Source of the DNA: Thermodesulfobacteriota bacterium
GTDB lineage: Bacteria > Desulfobacterota > Anaeroferrophillalia > Anaeroferrophillales > Tharpellaceae
Reading direction: 5' to 3'
Assembly: GCA_024763535.1 (NCBI GenBank)
Contig: JANTFH010000006.1
Coordinates: forward strand, 7,438-71,437
DNA: 64,000 nucleotides
A program made the translations under genes and the position numbers. The notes beneath the pieces are model-generated. The model saw only the letters and a list, made by a program, of their open reading frames with translations. It was not told the DNA's origin and did no database searches. Positions 1 to 11,097 of the stretch are shown in pieces (within the stretch, counting starts at the first letter, position 1; each line of letters begins with the position of its first letter).

Positions 1-177
1 TCTGCGGCCGCAGACAACCGGAGCCGCAGGAAACCTATTCTCAGTGAAAACCGCGGCGGCCTGAGCCGGCTTGTCACTGAGCAGCAGAGCCAGATCAAGC
101 ACCTCTTCAGCCTTCAGCCCGCAATGCACGCCGGCAAAGCGAAAACCGGAACAAATTTTAATACTGTTATCAGACAT
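1..177 (-). CDS. argJ: Glutamate N-acetyltransferase / ornithine acetyltransferase ArgJ, 5' end only; the gene continues beyond the window start
   Basis: Minus-strand translation from the ATG at 177 gives [55 protein letters not shown]..., a typical ArgJ N-terminus. A GGAG Shine-Dalgarno sits 6 nt upstream. secA followed by argJ is a common gene order. The ORF track missed it because it runs off the window edge. Confidence 0.7.
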   Translation of the reverse strand, partial: MSDNSIKICSGFRFAGVHCGLKAEEVLDLALLLSDKPAQAAAVFTENRFPAAPVVCGRR

Positions 178-250
178 TACAACTCCGCATTTATCCTGCA
201 TAATTATAAAAAATCAACCCCACAGGATAAATGATTTTTTTACAAAGCCA

Positions 251-2911
251 CTATTTACCGCAGCACTTTTTATACTTCTTCCCGCTGCCGCAGGGGCAGG
301 GCTCATTACGGCCGATCTTCTGACCGCCGACCACCGGTTTCTGTTTGGTTCCCTCGCCCTGACCGCGGGAGAGAACAAATTCGGTCTCCTGACGAGCCTG
401 CTGATCCAGCTCATCGACCTCCTCTTCCCGGGTTACCTGAACGTGGAAAAGCTGGCCGATAACATCTTCTTTGATGCGTTCAATCATCTCGGCAAACATC
501 TCGAAACCCTCACGCTGATAAGCCCGCAGAGGATCCTGTTGACCATAGCCGCGCAGGCCGATACCCTCTTTCAACTGGTCGATCGCGTAGAGATGATCCT
601 TCCATAAACTGTCGATGGTATGCAGGAGAATAATCTTTTCCAACTGCCGCAGGGTTTCCTCGCCCATCTCTTTTTCACGGTTATCATAATTATCACAAAC
701 AAGCTCCTGCAGACGGGCGCATAGGGTCTCTTCGTTATCAATCTCGGCCAGTTCCGACTCGGGCGAAAAATCCAGTGAAAGGGCGAAGGTCCGGTGCAGA
801 CCGGTCGTTAATGAATCATAATCCCACTCTGCGGTATTGCGGGATTTGCCGGTGGCCGCCTCCAGCATCTCTTCCACGACATCCTCGGCGTAGTCAATAA
901 CCAGATCGCGCAGATTATCGTTACCCAGAACCTCGCGGCGGAGGGCATAGACGGTTTCCCGCTGCTGATTCATGACATCATCATACTCCAGCAGCTGTTT
1001 ACGAATATCGAAGTTGTGTCCCTCAACCCGGCGTTGAGCATTCTCAATCGCTTTGGAGATCATCTTGTGTTCAATCGGTTCACCCTTTTCTATCCCCAGG
1101 GTATCCATCACCTTGGCAATCCGTTCCGACCCAAAGATCCGCATCAGGTCATCTTCAAGGCTGAGATAGAAACGGGATGAACCGGGATCACCCTGACGTC
1201 CGGATCGACCTCTGAGCTGGTTATCAATCCGGCGGCTCTCGTGCCGTTCGGTGCCGAGAATATGCAGTCCCCCGGCTTTGAGTACCTCTTCCCGTTCGGC
1301 CGCACACTGTTTAACGAATACGGACATAACCTCTTCGCGCTCGTCCAGACTCATCTCATCATCAAGCCTGGCCTTGGCCATCATTTCGGGATTGCCGCCA
1401 AGAACAATATCGGTTCCCCGACCCGCCATATTGGTAGCGATAGTCACGGCTCCCTTGCGGCCCGCCTGCGAGATAATCTCCGCCTCTTTTTCATGAAATT
1501 TGGCGTTTAAGACCTCATGCTTGATTCCGCGGCGTTTCAAAACCTTGCCCAGATATTCGGAATCCTCAATCGAAATCGTTCCGACCAGAACCGGCTGGCC
1601 GGTTTTATGACAATCGATAATCTCCTCGACCACCGCATCATATTTCTCTTTACCGGTCTTAAAGATAACATCCGGATTATCTTTACGAATCATCGGTTCG
1701 TTCGTCGGCACCACGACTACCGAGAGGTTGTAGGTCTGGGTAAACTCAACCGCTTCGGTATCCGCGGTTCCGGTCATCCCGCTCAGTTTATCATACATCC
1801 TGAAGTAGTTCTGAAAGGTTACCGAAGCCAGGGTCTGATTTTCGCGCTCAATCTTGACATCTTCCTTGGCCTCCAACGCCTGATGCAGGCCATCACTGTA
1901 ACGCCGGCCATCCATCAAACGCCCGGTAAATTCATCAACGATAATAACCTTGTCATCCTTAACCACGTAGTCGACATCCCGCTTGAAAAGAACATGCGCC
2001 TTCAAGGCCTGATTGACGTGATGCAGGGTTTCAATCTGGGTCGGTTCGTAAAGGTTGTCAACCTGCAAAAGCTTTTCCACATTGGCAACCCCGGATTCGG
2101 TCAGGGTGACGGCCCGGCTCTTTTCGTCGAGTTCGTAATCGGTAGGCTCATCCAGGGTCTGATTTTTCTGCACCAGTTTGCGCAGGGCTTTATCAATTAC
2201 ATAGTATTTTTCCGTACTGTCATCGGTCGCCCCGGAGATAATCAGCGGCGTCCGGGCTTCATCGATAAGGATACTGTCGACCTCATCGACGATCGCGTAG
2301 TGCAGGGGACGCTGCACATAATCGTCAAGCGAAAACTTCATATTATCGCGCAGATAATCGAAGCCGAACTCATTATTGGTGCCGTAGGTAATATCCGATC
2401 CGTAGGCCTGCTGCCGTTCACTGTCATCCAGTTCATTAAGAATAACGCCGACCGAAAGCCCGAGGAACTTATAAACCTTACCCATCCAGGCGGCATCACG
2501 CCGGGCCAGATAGTCATTAACGGTAACAACATGCACCCCTTTGCCGGTCAGGGCATTTAAATAAACGGGCAGGGTTGCCGCCAGGGTTTTACCTTCACCG
2601 GTTTTCATCTCCGCAATCTTACCGCTATGGAGAACGATACCACCTATAACCTGAGAATCGAAATGGCGCATACCCAGGGTTCTGATTGAGGCTTCACGAA
2701 CTACGGCGAAGGCTTCCGGCAACAGATCATCAAGATTAGCCGTACCATCGGCGAGCCGGCCGCGAAACTCCTCAGTTTTGGCCCGCAGCTGGTCATCAGA
2801 GAGCGATTTGAGTGCATCTTCCTCACGGTTTACCTGATCCACCAGAACCCGCATGGATTTTATCTCACGATCATTTTTAGTGCCGAATATTGCTTTTAAA
2901 AAATTTGCCAT
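251..2911 (-). CDS. secA: Preprotein translocase ATPase SecA
   Basis: 886 aa. DEAD-like motor motifs. C-terminal zinc-binding tail [23 protein letters not shown] upstream of the ATG at 2911. Confidence 0.95.
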   Translation of the reverse strand: MANFLKAIFGTKNDREIKSMRVLVDQVNREEDALKSLSDDQLRAKTEEFRGRLADGTANLDDLLPEAFAVVREASIRTLGMRHFDSQVIGGIVLHSGKIAEMKTGEGKTLAATLPVYLNALTGKGVHVVTVNDYLARRDAAWMGKVYKFLGLSVGVILNELDDSERQQAYGSDITYGTNNEFGFDYLRDNMKFSLDDYVQRPLHYAIVDEVDSILIDEARTPLIISGATDDSTEKYYVIDKALRKLVQKNQTLDEPTDYELDEKSRAVTLTESGVANVEKLLQVDNLYEPTQIETLHHVNQALKAHVLFKRDVDYVVKDDKVIIVDEFTGRLMDGRRYSDGLHQALEAKEDVKIERENQTLASVTFQNYFRMYDKLSGMTGTADTEAVEFTQTYNLSVVVVPTNEPMIRKDNPDVIFKTGKEKYDAVVEEIIDCHKTGQPVLVGTISIEDSEYLGKVLKRRGIKHEVLNAKFHEKEAEIISQAGRKGAVTIATNMAGRGTDIVLGGNPEMMAKARLDDEMSLDEREEVMSVFVKQCAAEREEVLKAGGLHILGTERHESRRIDNQLRGRSGRQGDPGSSRFYLSLEDDLMRIFGSERIAKVMDTLGIEKGEPIEHKMISKAIENAQRRVEGHNFDIRKQLLEYDDVMNQQRETVYALRREVLGNDNLRDLVIDYAEDVVEEMLEAATGKSRNTAEWDYDSLTTGLHRTFALSLDFSPESELAEIDNEETLCARLQELVCDNYDNREKEMGEETLRQLEKIILLHTIDSLWKDHLYAIDQLKEGIGLRGYGQQDPLRAYQREGFEMFAEMIERIKEDVIGQLFHVQVTREEEVDELDQQARQETEFVLSRGQGEGTKQKPVVGGQKIGRNEPCPCGSGKKYKKCCGK

Positions 2912-3009
2912 AAAACCTTTAACCCCTTAAAAAATAAAAAGTCCCCGCAAAAAGACGCCGGACGACGTTCTACGAGGACCATTGAATTTAAGCTGTACAG
3001 TTGCGAATA

Positions 3010-3963
3010 TTAATCTAGCAGATAATCAACCGGATCCACCGCTTTGCCATTTACGACAACCTCGTAATGCAGATGAGGACCGGTACTGCGACCGCTGCTG
3101 CCGATCTTACCAAGCTCCTGCCCCCGGGTTACCGTGTCACCGCTATGAACCGTGATTTTCGACAGATGCCCATATTTTGTGATGCGATCCAGACCGTGAT
3201 CAACAATCACCATCTTACCATAGCCGTTTTTATAACCGGCAAAAACCACCTCTCCGTCAGCCGTTGAGACTACCGGAGTACCTCTGCGGTTAACAATATC
3301 CAAGCCTTTATGCAACTCTCTGCGGCCGGTAAACGGTGATACCCGATAACCGAAATGAGAACTCACCCAACCCCGTACTGGCCAGATCGAAGGCGTAAAA
3401 TTAAGCAGGGTCTGCTGCTCTTTAAGGTGAGTGGAAAGCTGCTTCAGCTCGCCTTCCTCATGCGCAAAACCGAGTTCTAAACGCTGCAGTTCCCGGTGCA
3501 TGGCCGCCAGCTGTCGTTTACGTTCGGCATCAATGCTGGATACCGTCAATTCGGCTGCCAGCGGATCGGGGCCGCCCAGCCCGACGCTCTCAACCCGCCC
3601 CGGAGCAACCGTAAGATTGGCCATAACCTTAACCCGGGCATTACTCTCCTGCAACCTTGCAAAGTGATCGTTAAGATCGCTTATCCGCTGCGAGAAGTAG
3701 CCCACCTGTTTTTCCAGTTCACGATTTTTCCGGGCCAGTCTGCCGTAATCATTAATGTCATGCAGATTCACAAGATAGAGAGCAATCGCCGCCAGGGCTC
3801 CGCAAAACAGGGCCGCCAGAAGCGGAGCCAGCAACAGCGAAACCAATTTTACCTGTTTTACCGGAAGTACCAGCTTGCGGTGGCGACCGTTTCCGGTACG
3901 AAAAAGCATAAAAGTATATTGATCTTTGGTATCCATAATATTATTTAATCCGCTCAATTCCAT
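3010..3963 (-). CDS. M23-family metallopeptidase with N-terminal membrane anchor and coiled coil (EnvC/NlpD-like murein hydrolase activator)
   Basis: C-terminal LytM/M23 signature: HKGLDI ... GTPVVSTADGEVVFAG ... GYGKMVIVDHG ... GPHLHYEV. TM helix near the N-terminus. Confidence 0.85.
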   Translation of the reverse strand: MELSGLNNIMDTKDQYTFMLFRTGNGRHRKLVLPVKQVKLVSLLLAPLLAALFCGALAAIALYLVNLHDINDYGRLARKNRELEKQVGYFSQRISDLNDHFARLQESNARVKVMANLTVAPGRVESVGLGGPDPLAAELTVSSIDAERKRQLAAMHRELQRLELGFAHEEGELKQLSTHLKEQQTLLNFTPSIWPVRGWVSSHFGYRVSPFTGRRELHKGLDIVNRRGTPVVSTADGEVVFAGYKNGYGKMVIVDHGLDRITKYGHLSKITVHSGDTVTRGQELGKIGSSGRSTGPHLHYEVVVNGKAVDPVDYLLD

Positions 3964-4197
3964 TCGTTCATGAGTAAATGATATCGGTTACAATACCAAT
4001 CACGCGCGACCCCTAATAGCAAAACATCATCTAATTGTCAATATTTTAGCATTTCAGCCAGACAAGCCGCTCAATTACTCCTGCCTGCCGAAGCCATACT
4101 TTATCAGGCACGAAACTCCTCCGGACGGGATTTTGAAACCGGATTACAAACGCTTTGAACTTTACTCACACCCGCATCATGTGCTACTAGAAGAGCC

Positions 4198-5073
4198 ATG
4201 CAGAATATCGGAATCATAATCAAACGCAACAACCAGCGGGCCCTTGCCATCGGCGTCAAACTCGGCCGCTGGCTGATTAAAGAGTTCGGCAAACAGATTC
4301 TTTCGGAATCCGAACTGGCGGAGCAGTTGGGACTTTCCGGCCTCACCAAAACCGAACTTACAACCCGGGCCGACCTGATTGTGGTTCTAGGCGGTGACGG
4401 CACCCTGCTCAGTATCGCCCGGCATATTCAGAAGAACTCGTGCCCGATTCTGGGAGTCAACCTCGGCGGGCTGGGGTTTTTAACCGCGATCACTCTGGAT
4501 GAACTTTTCCAGGTAATGCTTGAAGTTCTGGCCGGCAACTACTCTTTAAGCCAGCGCATGGTGCTGAAGGTCGAACTCTATCGCGATAAGCGGATGATCT
4601 CCCGCCACAATGTTCTCAATGACATTGTTATCAATAAAGGGGCCATGGCCCGGATCATCGATTTAAAGACCGTTATTGACAACAATCTGGTCAATACATT
4701 CAAGGCCGACGGTCTGATTTTTTCAACCCCGACCGGTTCCACCGGCTACTCGATGTCGGCCGGAGGTCCGATCGTTTATCCGACCTTGAACTGCATAACC
4801 GTTGCCCCTATATGCCCGCACACCCTTTCCAACCGGCCCCTCATCGTGCCGCCCGAAGTCACGATCGAAACTACCCTGACCTCAACCGACAGTGACGATG
4901 TTTTCCTGACCCTGGATGGTCAGACCGGGGTCTCCATGCAGCCGCTGGATCGCATTGTAATAACCAAATCAGAACACAGCATTGAGCTTGTCACCTCTCT
5001 CAGCAAAACCTATTTCGAGGTTTTAAGGAATAAGCTGAAATGGGGCGACCGCTACCAGAACCACGGCGAGTAA
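4198..5073 (+). CDS. nadK: NAD+ kinase
   Basis: 291 aa. GGDGTLL motif. NAD-kinase fold conserved along the full length. Confidence 0.9.
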   Translation: MQNIGIIIKRNNQRALAIGVKLGRWLIKEFGKQILSESELAEQLGLSGLTKTELTTRADLIVVLGGDGTLLSIARHIQKNSCPILGVNLGGLGFLTAITLDELFQVMLEVLAGNYSLSQRMVLKVELYRDKRMISRHNVLNDIVINKGAMARIIDLKTVIDNNLVNTFKADGLIFSTPTGSTGYSMSAGGPIVYPTLNCITVAPICPHTLSNRPLIVPPEVTIETTLTSTDSDDVFLTLDGQTGVSMQPLDRIVITKSEHSIELVTSLSKTYFEVLRNKLKWGDRYQNHGE

Positions 5074-5076
5074 CGA

Positions 5077-6786
5077 ATGTTAAAATATCTGGCCATCAAT
5101 AACTATAAACTGATAGATAAACTCGCCTGCGAATTCGGTCCCGGCCTGACCGTGCTTACCGGTGAAACCGGAGCGGGGAAGTCGATCATTCTCAATGCCT
5201 TAAACACCCTGCTCGGTGAAAAGCCCGCTCCCGACATATTCCACGATCACAGCCGGCCGGCAACCATAAGTGCCGTTTTTTCACTGCCGCAGAGTCCGGA
5301 ATTACGGCAAAAACTCAGTGAATACGGTTTCGATACAGGAGACGATGAGATTATCTTCCGGCGCCAGCTGAGCCGAAAAAGCCACGGCGGCCTAAGTAAC
5401 CGGATCTACATCAACGATCAGCCGACAACCGGAGCCGCGGTTACCGCCATTGCCGACTTCCTGCTGGAGTTTGTCGACCAGCACCAGCAGCAGAGCCTGC
5501 GCGATGCGAAAAAACTGCTGCATCTGCTCGACACCTATGGCAACCTGCTGCCCTTAAGAGCCGAATACAGACACAACTTTCACACCCACCAGCGACTTGT
5601 CCAGGAGTTTGAGGAGTGGGAGAGTAAAATCAGTGAAAATATCCGGCAGATGGACTACTACCGGCACCAGCTGACGGAACTTGAAGAGGCCGACTTAAAC
5701 CCCGGTGAAGAGGAGGAACTGATCCGCCGCCGCCGCCAGTATCAGCAGATCGGGAAACTTAAAGAGTTGACCCATGAGGCTGAAACCCTTATCTATACGG
5801 GCAGCAACTCGATTATCGACGGCTGTTACCGGCTCCAGGAGATCGGCGGTGAACTCAGCCGCCGCGACGACAAAGCCCCGCCGACCCAGGAGCCTCTAAC
5901 CGACATTATCGATGCCCTGCAGGAGGTCTACAAAGAGAACTCCACCTACATGAACAACCTCGAAGTGGACGAGCAGACCATCGAAGAGACCGAAGAGCGG
6001 CTCGCGCTGCTGGAACGTCTTAAACGTAAATTTGCCACGGATATCGATGGCTTAATCAAACTGCGTGATGAACTCCAGAAGCAGGTTGTCAGCCTCGAAA
6101 ATCGGGATGCGGAGAGAGAGGAAAAGAGTATCGCCATTGCCGCCGCCGCCGATAAGATGCAGGCCGCAGCTGACGAACTCACAACTAAACGCCGGCAGCG
6201 GGGTAAGGATTTAGCCGCCGCCGTAGGCCGACATCTGATCGACTTAAACCTTCCTAAGGCCCGTTTTATGATCACCCGGGAGGCTGTCACGGCCTCAGCC
6301 AGCGGCCGGGATCTGATACAATTCCTTTTCAGTGCCAATCCCGGTGAAGAGCCGGCCCCGATTGAGAAAAATGCCTCCGGCGGTGAACTCTCCCGTCTGC
6401 TGCTGGCCTTAAAAACCGCACTCGGCCAACAACATCAGGTAACCACCCTGATTTTTGACGAAGTCGACAGCGGCCTCGGCGGTGGTACCGCGGCGGCCGT
6501 CGGCCGCAAACTCGCGGATATTGCCGATAAATGTCAGGTAATTACGGTAACCCACCTGCCTCAGGTCGCAGCTTTCGCCGACCAGCATCTGGTGATCGAC
6601 AAGATTGAGTCTCCGGAAAGCCGGCGGACACTGATTCAGCTCAAAGCATTTTCCGCCGCCCAGGAGTTGGAAAAGATTCGTGAACTGGCTCGCATGGGCA
6701 GCGGGGAGGAGATCACCAGCGCGGCCGAAGAACATGCCCGGGTTCTGCGCCGGGAGGCTAATAAAATTCGTAAAGGGGTAAGTTGA
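5077..6786 (+). CDS. recN: DNA repair protein RecN
   Basis: 569 aa. N-terminal Walker A GETGAGKS. SMC-like coiled coil. C-terminal signature and Walker B. Confidence 0.9.
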   Translation: MLKYLAINNYKLIDKLACEFGPGLTVLTGETGAGKSIILNALNTLLGEKPAPDIFHDHSRPATISAVFSLPQSPELRQKLSEYGFDTGDDEIIFRRQLSRKSHGGLSNRIYINDQPTTGAAVTAIADFLLEFVDQHQQQSLRDAKKLLHLLDTYGNLLPLRAEYRHNFHTHQRLVQEFEEWESKISENIRQMDYYRHQLTELEEADLNPGEEEELIRRRRQYQQIGKLKELTHEAETLIYTGSNSIIDGCYRLQEIGGELSRRDDKAPPTQEPLTDIIDALQEVYKENSTYMNNLEVDEQTIEETEERLALLERLKRKFATDIDGLIKLRDELQKQVVSLENRDAEREEKSIAIAAAADKMQAAADELTTKRRQRGKDLAAAVGRHLIDLNLPKARFMITREAVTASASGRDLIQFLFSANPGEEPAPIEKNASGGELSRLLLALKTALGQQHQVTTLIFDEVDSGLGGGTAAAVGRKLADIADKCQVITVTHLPQVAAFADQHLVIDKIESPESRRTLIQLKAFSAAQELEKIRELARMGSGEEITSAAEEHARVLRREANKIRKGVS

Positions 6787-6787
6787 A

Positions 6788-7246
6788 ATGATTCGTACGG
6801 CAACAATAGAAGATATAAAAACAATCCAGCAGATGCTCGAATATTACGCCGACAGAGGACTGCTGCTGCCCCGTTCCCTGAACGACCTCTATGATAATTT
6901 GAGAGATTTCATTGTCTATCAGGAAGATGAGAATATTTCGGGTGTCAGCAGCCTGCATGTCTGCTGGGATGATCTCGGGGAGATTCGTTCACTGGCGGTT
7001 CTGCCGCCTCACACGAAAAAGGGAATCGGCCGCCGACTGGTTGCCGTTTGTGAAAATGAAGCTTTGCGGCTGGGTCTTAAGAGGGTTTTTACTTTGACTT
7101 ATCAGGAAAAATTTTTTTCTCGCCTGGGCTATAGAACTGTTGACAAGAGCCGGCTGCCGCATAAAGTCTGGGGTGAATGCTTAAAGTGCGTGAAGTTTCC
7201 CGACTGTGATGAAATCGCCATGATCAAAGAGCTTAAAACATCCTGA
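6788..7246 (+). CDS. GNAT-family N-acetyltransferase (short ArgA-like amino-acid N-acetyltransferase)
   Basis: 152 aa. Acetyl-CoA-binding motif RRLV..CENEALRLG, GxG signature. Start is 2 nt after the recN stop. Confidence 0.7.
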   Translation: MIRTATIEDIKTIQQMLEYYADRGLLLPRSLNDLYDNLRDFIVYQEDENISGVSSLHVCWDDLGEIRSLAVLPPHTKKGIGRRLVAVCENEALRLGLKRVFTLTYQEKFFSRLGYRTVDKSRLPHKVWGECLKCVKFPDCDEIAMIKELKTS

Positions 7247-7280
7247 GAATCGACCCCGGATACGAATAAGGCCTGAAGAT

Positions 7281-8615
7281 TTACAAATCATCTCCGCCGA
7301 CGACCCGGTTGCGACCCTTGTCCTTGGCTTGGTACAGAGCTCGATCAACCCTCTCGACATAACTTTCGAGCGTATCATCATGCTTGAGGCTCCCGACCCC
7401 GAAACTCACCGTTACCGAAAAGGTTTTACCTTTATACTCCATCTTAGTACCCTCGATCTTCCGGCGAATCCGTTCCGCTACGTCACAGGCCTGCGGGTAC
7501 AGGGTATGCGGCAGAATCAGAGCAAACTCTTCGCCCCCGTAACGAGCCAGAACATCAATCTCACGAATCTCCCGCTTCATCAACCTGCTCAGATTCTGCA
7601 ACACCATATCTCCGGCATGATGACCAAAGGTGTCGTTAACCTGTTTGAAGTGATCAATATCGGCGATCGCCAGCGCCGTCGGCCGCCCATAACGTTTGAA
7701 GCCCATGAATTCATGCTTGATCTTTTGATCGTAAGCCCGACGGTTGTAAGCCCGGGTCAAAGGATCGATAACGATCTCCTGTTTGATTTTTTCCATCTGC
7801 TGCTGCAGGGTCTCAATCTTTTTATTGGCATCATCAATCTGTTCCTGGGCCTGGCGGATGTGTTCAACCATCTGCCGGGTGCGGGACTGTAAACCCTGGG
7901 CCTGAAGCAATAATGATTCACGAATCTGCTGCACTTCCGAGAGCGTGCGGGCCTGCTGCAAACGGTCAACACTCTCATCCAGACCGCTGTCGAAATCCCC
8001 GCTGCTGTGGAGCAGACCGGAGATGGAACCGGCCAGAATCGTGATGATTTTCTTCAACTCCTCCCGCTCTCTTTCGGTCTCTTTATCCAGCAGGAGGTTG
8101 CTGGAGAAAAGCCGTTTACACTTATCAACACAGATGCGGGTCTCCTGCGTTGAAGAGAATTCACTCAACCCTTCACGACACTCTAGAAAAAGTCTGCGGT
8201 TTTCCTGCTCGGCGATCGAAAAAACCTCAACCTGATGCAGAGCCAGACTTGTCAGATTCTTAAACTCACGAACCAGTACGTGGAGATCGTTCTCGGCTTC
8301 TGATCGAGCCTTCAAGGAGTGCTGCAGATGTTTGATCTCGGTCGGGAAAAGATCAACCGCCAACAGTTTTTTCCGCTGCACATCCTGCTTGATCCGGCTG
8401 TGGATATGCTTGATCCGGCTTAAATCATCAGCTTCCGACAGATCTTTACTTAAATCGGAAAGCAATGAGTTATCCTCGCTCTGCTGATCTGAGACAACCC
8501 CGACCATGGTCCGCAGCAGAAAGAGCGAAAGCTCCCGATACTCCTTGACAATCTCTTCTTCACTCATCTTATCTTCCCGATCAAATCTAAGCGGCACCAT
8601 AAACGCTACCGACAA
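7281..8615 (-). CDS. Diguanylate cyclase (GGDEF domain) with N-terminal coiled-coil region
   Basis: C-terminal GGDEF domain with RYGGEEFALIL active site and an RxxD I-site-like motif. Confidence 0.85.
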   Translation of the reverse strand: MSVAFMVPLRFDREDKMSEEEIVKEYRELSLFLLRTMVGVVSDQQSEDNSLLSDLSKDLSEADDLSRIKHIHSRIKQDVQRKKLLAVDLFPTEIKHLQHSLKARSEAENDLHVLVREFKNLTSLALHQVEVFSIAEQENRRLFLECREGLSEFSSTQETRICVDKCKRLFSSNLLLDKETEREREELKKIITILAGSISGLLHSSGDFDSGLDESVDRLQQARTLSEVQQIRESLLLQAQGLQSRTRQMVEHIRQAQEQIDDANKKIETLQQQMEKIKQEIVIDPLTRAYNRRAYDQKIKHEFMGFKRYGRPTALAIADIDHFKQVNDTFGHHAGDMVLQNLSRLMKREIREIDVLARYGGEEFALILPHTLYPQACDVAERIRRKIEGTKMEYKGKTFSVTVSFGVGSLKHDDTLESYVERVDRALYQAKDKGRNRVVGGDDL

Positions 8616-8697
8616 ACAGACTGTTTGAACCTACGGCCGGTTCCCGAATCAGCAGGCAAGTGTATTACATTCAAGAAAAATCTAGTTGGTCGACGCC

Positions 8698-10278
8698 TCA
8701 AACTCCCGGCTTGAGCGGCAGTACCACCTTGAAACAGCTCCCTCGACCCGGTTCACTGCTGAAACTAATGTTGCCCTGATGCTGAGCAACAATTATCTTG
8801 GCGGTAAACAGACCGAGCCCGGTCGCTCCATGCTCGGTTTGAACATCTTTGGTCGAGAAGAACGGATCAAAAAGCTGTTCCCGGCACTCAGGTTTAATAC
8901 CGACACCATTATCGGCAACCGAAAAGAAGAGATATCCCTCTTTTTCGATCCCGGTGGTCACCACAATCAGACCGACAAACTCATTACCGCCTGCAGCTTT
9001 ACGCTCCCTGACCGCCTGAGCACCATTGAGCATCAGATTCAACAACACCTGCTGAATCTGACCCTTCTCCATCTTGACCGAGGGCAGGTTTTCAGCAAAA
9101 TCACATTTCAAGACAACCTGATCCCGCTCCAACTCATAGCGGCTGAAGATCAGCGCATCCTCTATCACCTGGTTCAACGAGAGCGGGAACATCTCTTTCC
9201 GTTCAGGATAGGAAAAAATCATCAAGTTACCGGCCAGAAGATTCAAGGCTTCAACCTGATCTTTAAGCTTCATCAAGAGAGCCATATCCTTGGCCCGGTC
9301 TTCTGCGGAGGCCTCAAAACGCATCTGCATAAGTTGCACGACACCATAGATCGCCGCCAGATAATTATTCAGGTCATGGGCCACCCCGGCGGCCATCTGT
9401 CCGACACTGGCCATCTTTTCCGCCCGGATAATCTTATTTTCCATAGTCGCCAGTTTACTGGTATCCTGGATATAGACAACTACCTCACGACTCTTACTCT
9501 CACCTTCATGGAAAACAGGGTAGCAGAAGATATTGACTACAGGTCGCCCGGCTCGCAGATTTTCCGCCCGCATGAGACTCCGAGCCTGACCATCATCCAT
9601 ACATTTCCGCGGCATACATTCGGCACAGGGCGCTTTGCGCTGACGAAAAACCTGATAGCAGTGTTTACCGACAATCTCTTTGGGTATCGTACCGCAATAG
9701 GCGGCCTCGGCCTGATTAACGGTTCTGATGGTAAAGCTGTCATCAATCAGATAGAGTCCGTTTTCAAGTGCGTCCAGGGCCGTCCGGTAGCGCTGCCGAC
9801 TCTCGTTTACTTTGAGGTTCTGTCTCTCCAGAACTTTCGAGAAATTTTCCAGTTGCCGGGCATGGGAGATAAGTTTACGATATTGTCTCTCCAGAAGATC
9901 CGTAGTCTGACTAATTATTTTTTCATAATTACCCATATCCAGTTCGGGCTGGGAGATAATCTCCGGAACATCCTCAAGCGAGTGCTTTTCCACCACGGTG
10001 ACCAGTTTATTGAGGCCGCCCCGAACCGGCCAGACCACCCTGGTCATGAACCAGTGCAGTGTAATCGCTGAAAACATATGAATGGCAACCGAAATCCCGA
10101 CAGCATAGACAGACTCCGGCAAGAGCAGCAGAACCACTACGGCACAGAGATTGACCAGAATCAGAAGCCTGATAAAGAATGTCGCTCTAAGACGTAAAAT
10201 GGAATCAATAAACAACCTGGTTTCTCCCCGATTTCTTGGCATGGTAGAGTTTGCGATCCGCCAGTTCCACCAGTTCAC
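8698..10278 (-). CDS. Membrane-anchored PAS-domain sensor histidine kinase. Start uncertain; the tracked ORF overlaps the upstream GGDEF gene by about 74 nt
   Basis: N-terminal TM segments, a PAS-like Cys-rich region, H-box HDLNNYL, N/G1/G2 ATP-lid motifs (GLGL). No cognate response regulator adjacent. Confidence 0.8.
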   Translation of the reverse strand: MNWWNWRIANSTMPRNRGETRLFIDSILRLRATFFIRLLILVNLCAVVVLLLLPESVYAVGISVAIHMFSAITLHWFMTRVVWPVRGGLNKLVTVVEKHSLEDVPEIISQPELDMGNYEKIISQTTDLLERQYRKLISHARQLENFSKVLERQNLKVNESRQRYRTALDALENGLYLIDDSFTIRTVNQAEAAYCGTIPKEIVGKHCYQVFRQRKAPCAECMPRKCMDDGQARSLMRAENLRAGRPVVNIFCYPVFHEGESKSREVVVYIQDTSKLATMENKIIRAEKMASVGQMAAGVAHDLNNYLAAIYGVVQLMQMRFEASAEDRAKDMALLMKLKDQVEALNLLAGNLMIFSYPERKEMFPLSLNQVIEDALIFSRYELERDQVVLKCDFAENLPSVKMEKGQIQQVLLNLMLNGAQAVRERKAAGGNEFVGLIVVTTGIEKEGYLFFSVADNGVGIKPECREQLFDPFFSTKDVQTEHGATGLGLFTAKIIVAQHQGNISFSSEPGRGSCFKVVLPLKPGV

Positions 10279-10957
10279 TCGGTTCTTTCATGGTCGGATT
10301 GTAGGCCGCGATACCGAGACAGATGGTCAAGGAGCCGATACTCTGCCCTGACAACAGAGGCTGTTTCTCCTGGCCGGGAATCACAGCATCCTCGATCTCC
10401 GTCCGAAAACGCTCCGCCACCCCGATGGTATCCGCCATAGAACTATGGCAGAGCACAGCGAACTCCTCGCCCCCGTAGCGGGCTACGATATCACTATGCC
10501 GGGCATTATCCAGCAGGATTCTGGATACCTCAAGCAGCACCTTATCTCCGGCCGGATGGCCATGGGTGTCATTATAGTGCTTAAAGTTGTCGATATCGAT
10601 CATGATCAACGAGAGTTTGGAATTATAACGCTTGGCCCGCTCATATTCATCCCGCAGCCGCTGCTGGAAATGACGGTGATTATAGAGCCCGGTCAAACCA
10701 TCGGTAATCACCAGCTTATTTAAGGCCTCCTCTTTCTCTCTGAGGTCGGCAATCAGAATCGCCTGCTGAAATGAGGCTTCGCGCAGGATATCGGCGGCAC
10801 TGCGGTCGCCCTGTTCAGCCAGGATACAATCGAGCTGATTTTTTAAAATAATTTTTTCCTGCCGGAGCTTTTGCATCTCTCTCTCCAGTTCAGCCCGGCT
10901 CTTTAGTTCCGTCAATCTACTGTCACCTCCATAAAACACTTTACCTGAACAGGTCAT
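10205..10957 (-). CDS. Diguanylate cyclase (GGDEF domain), short coiled-coil N-terminus
   Basis: 250 aa. RYGGEEFAVL active site. DxLTGLxNRR motif. Confidence 0.85.
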   Translation of the reverse strand: MTCSGKVFYGGDSRLTELKSRAELEREMQKLRQEKIILKNQLDCILAEQGDRSAADILREASFQQAILIADLREKEEALNKLVITDGLTGLYNHRHFQQRLRDEYERAKRYNSKLSLIMIDIDNFKHYNDTHGHPAGDKVLLEVSRILLDNARHSDIVARYGGEEFAVLCHSSMADTIGVAERFRTEIEDAVIPGQEKQPLLSGQSIGSLTICLGIAAYNPTMKEPSELVELADRKLYHAKKSGRNQVVY

Positions 10958-11097
10958 ATCTGTTATAGGCCCGCCTCGGGATCAAGGCTTTGGCGACTTC
11001 TTAATTCCGACAAACTTACGCATAATACATACTGTAAGAACGATAAAAACTCAACCGGTAAAATTAACCGGCGGTTTTTAACGATCAAATAATATCT

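Noticed and set aside
71-607. 178-aa plus-strand ORF, and 1517-2560 plus-strand 347-aa ORF
   Set aside because: Both lie antisense inside secA. No motifs and low-complexity translation. Shadow ORFs.
8686-10071. 461-aa plus-strand ORF
   Set aside because: Antisense to the PAS histidine kinase, which has clear HK motifs. No domain signal of its own.
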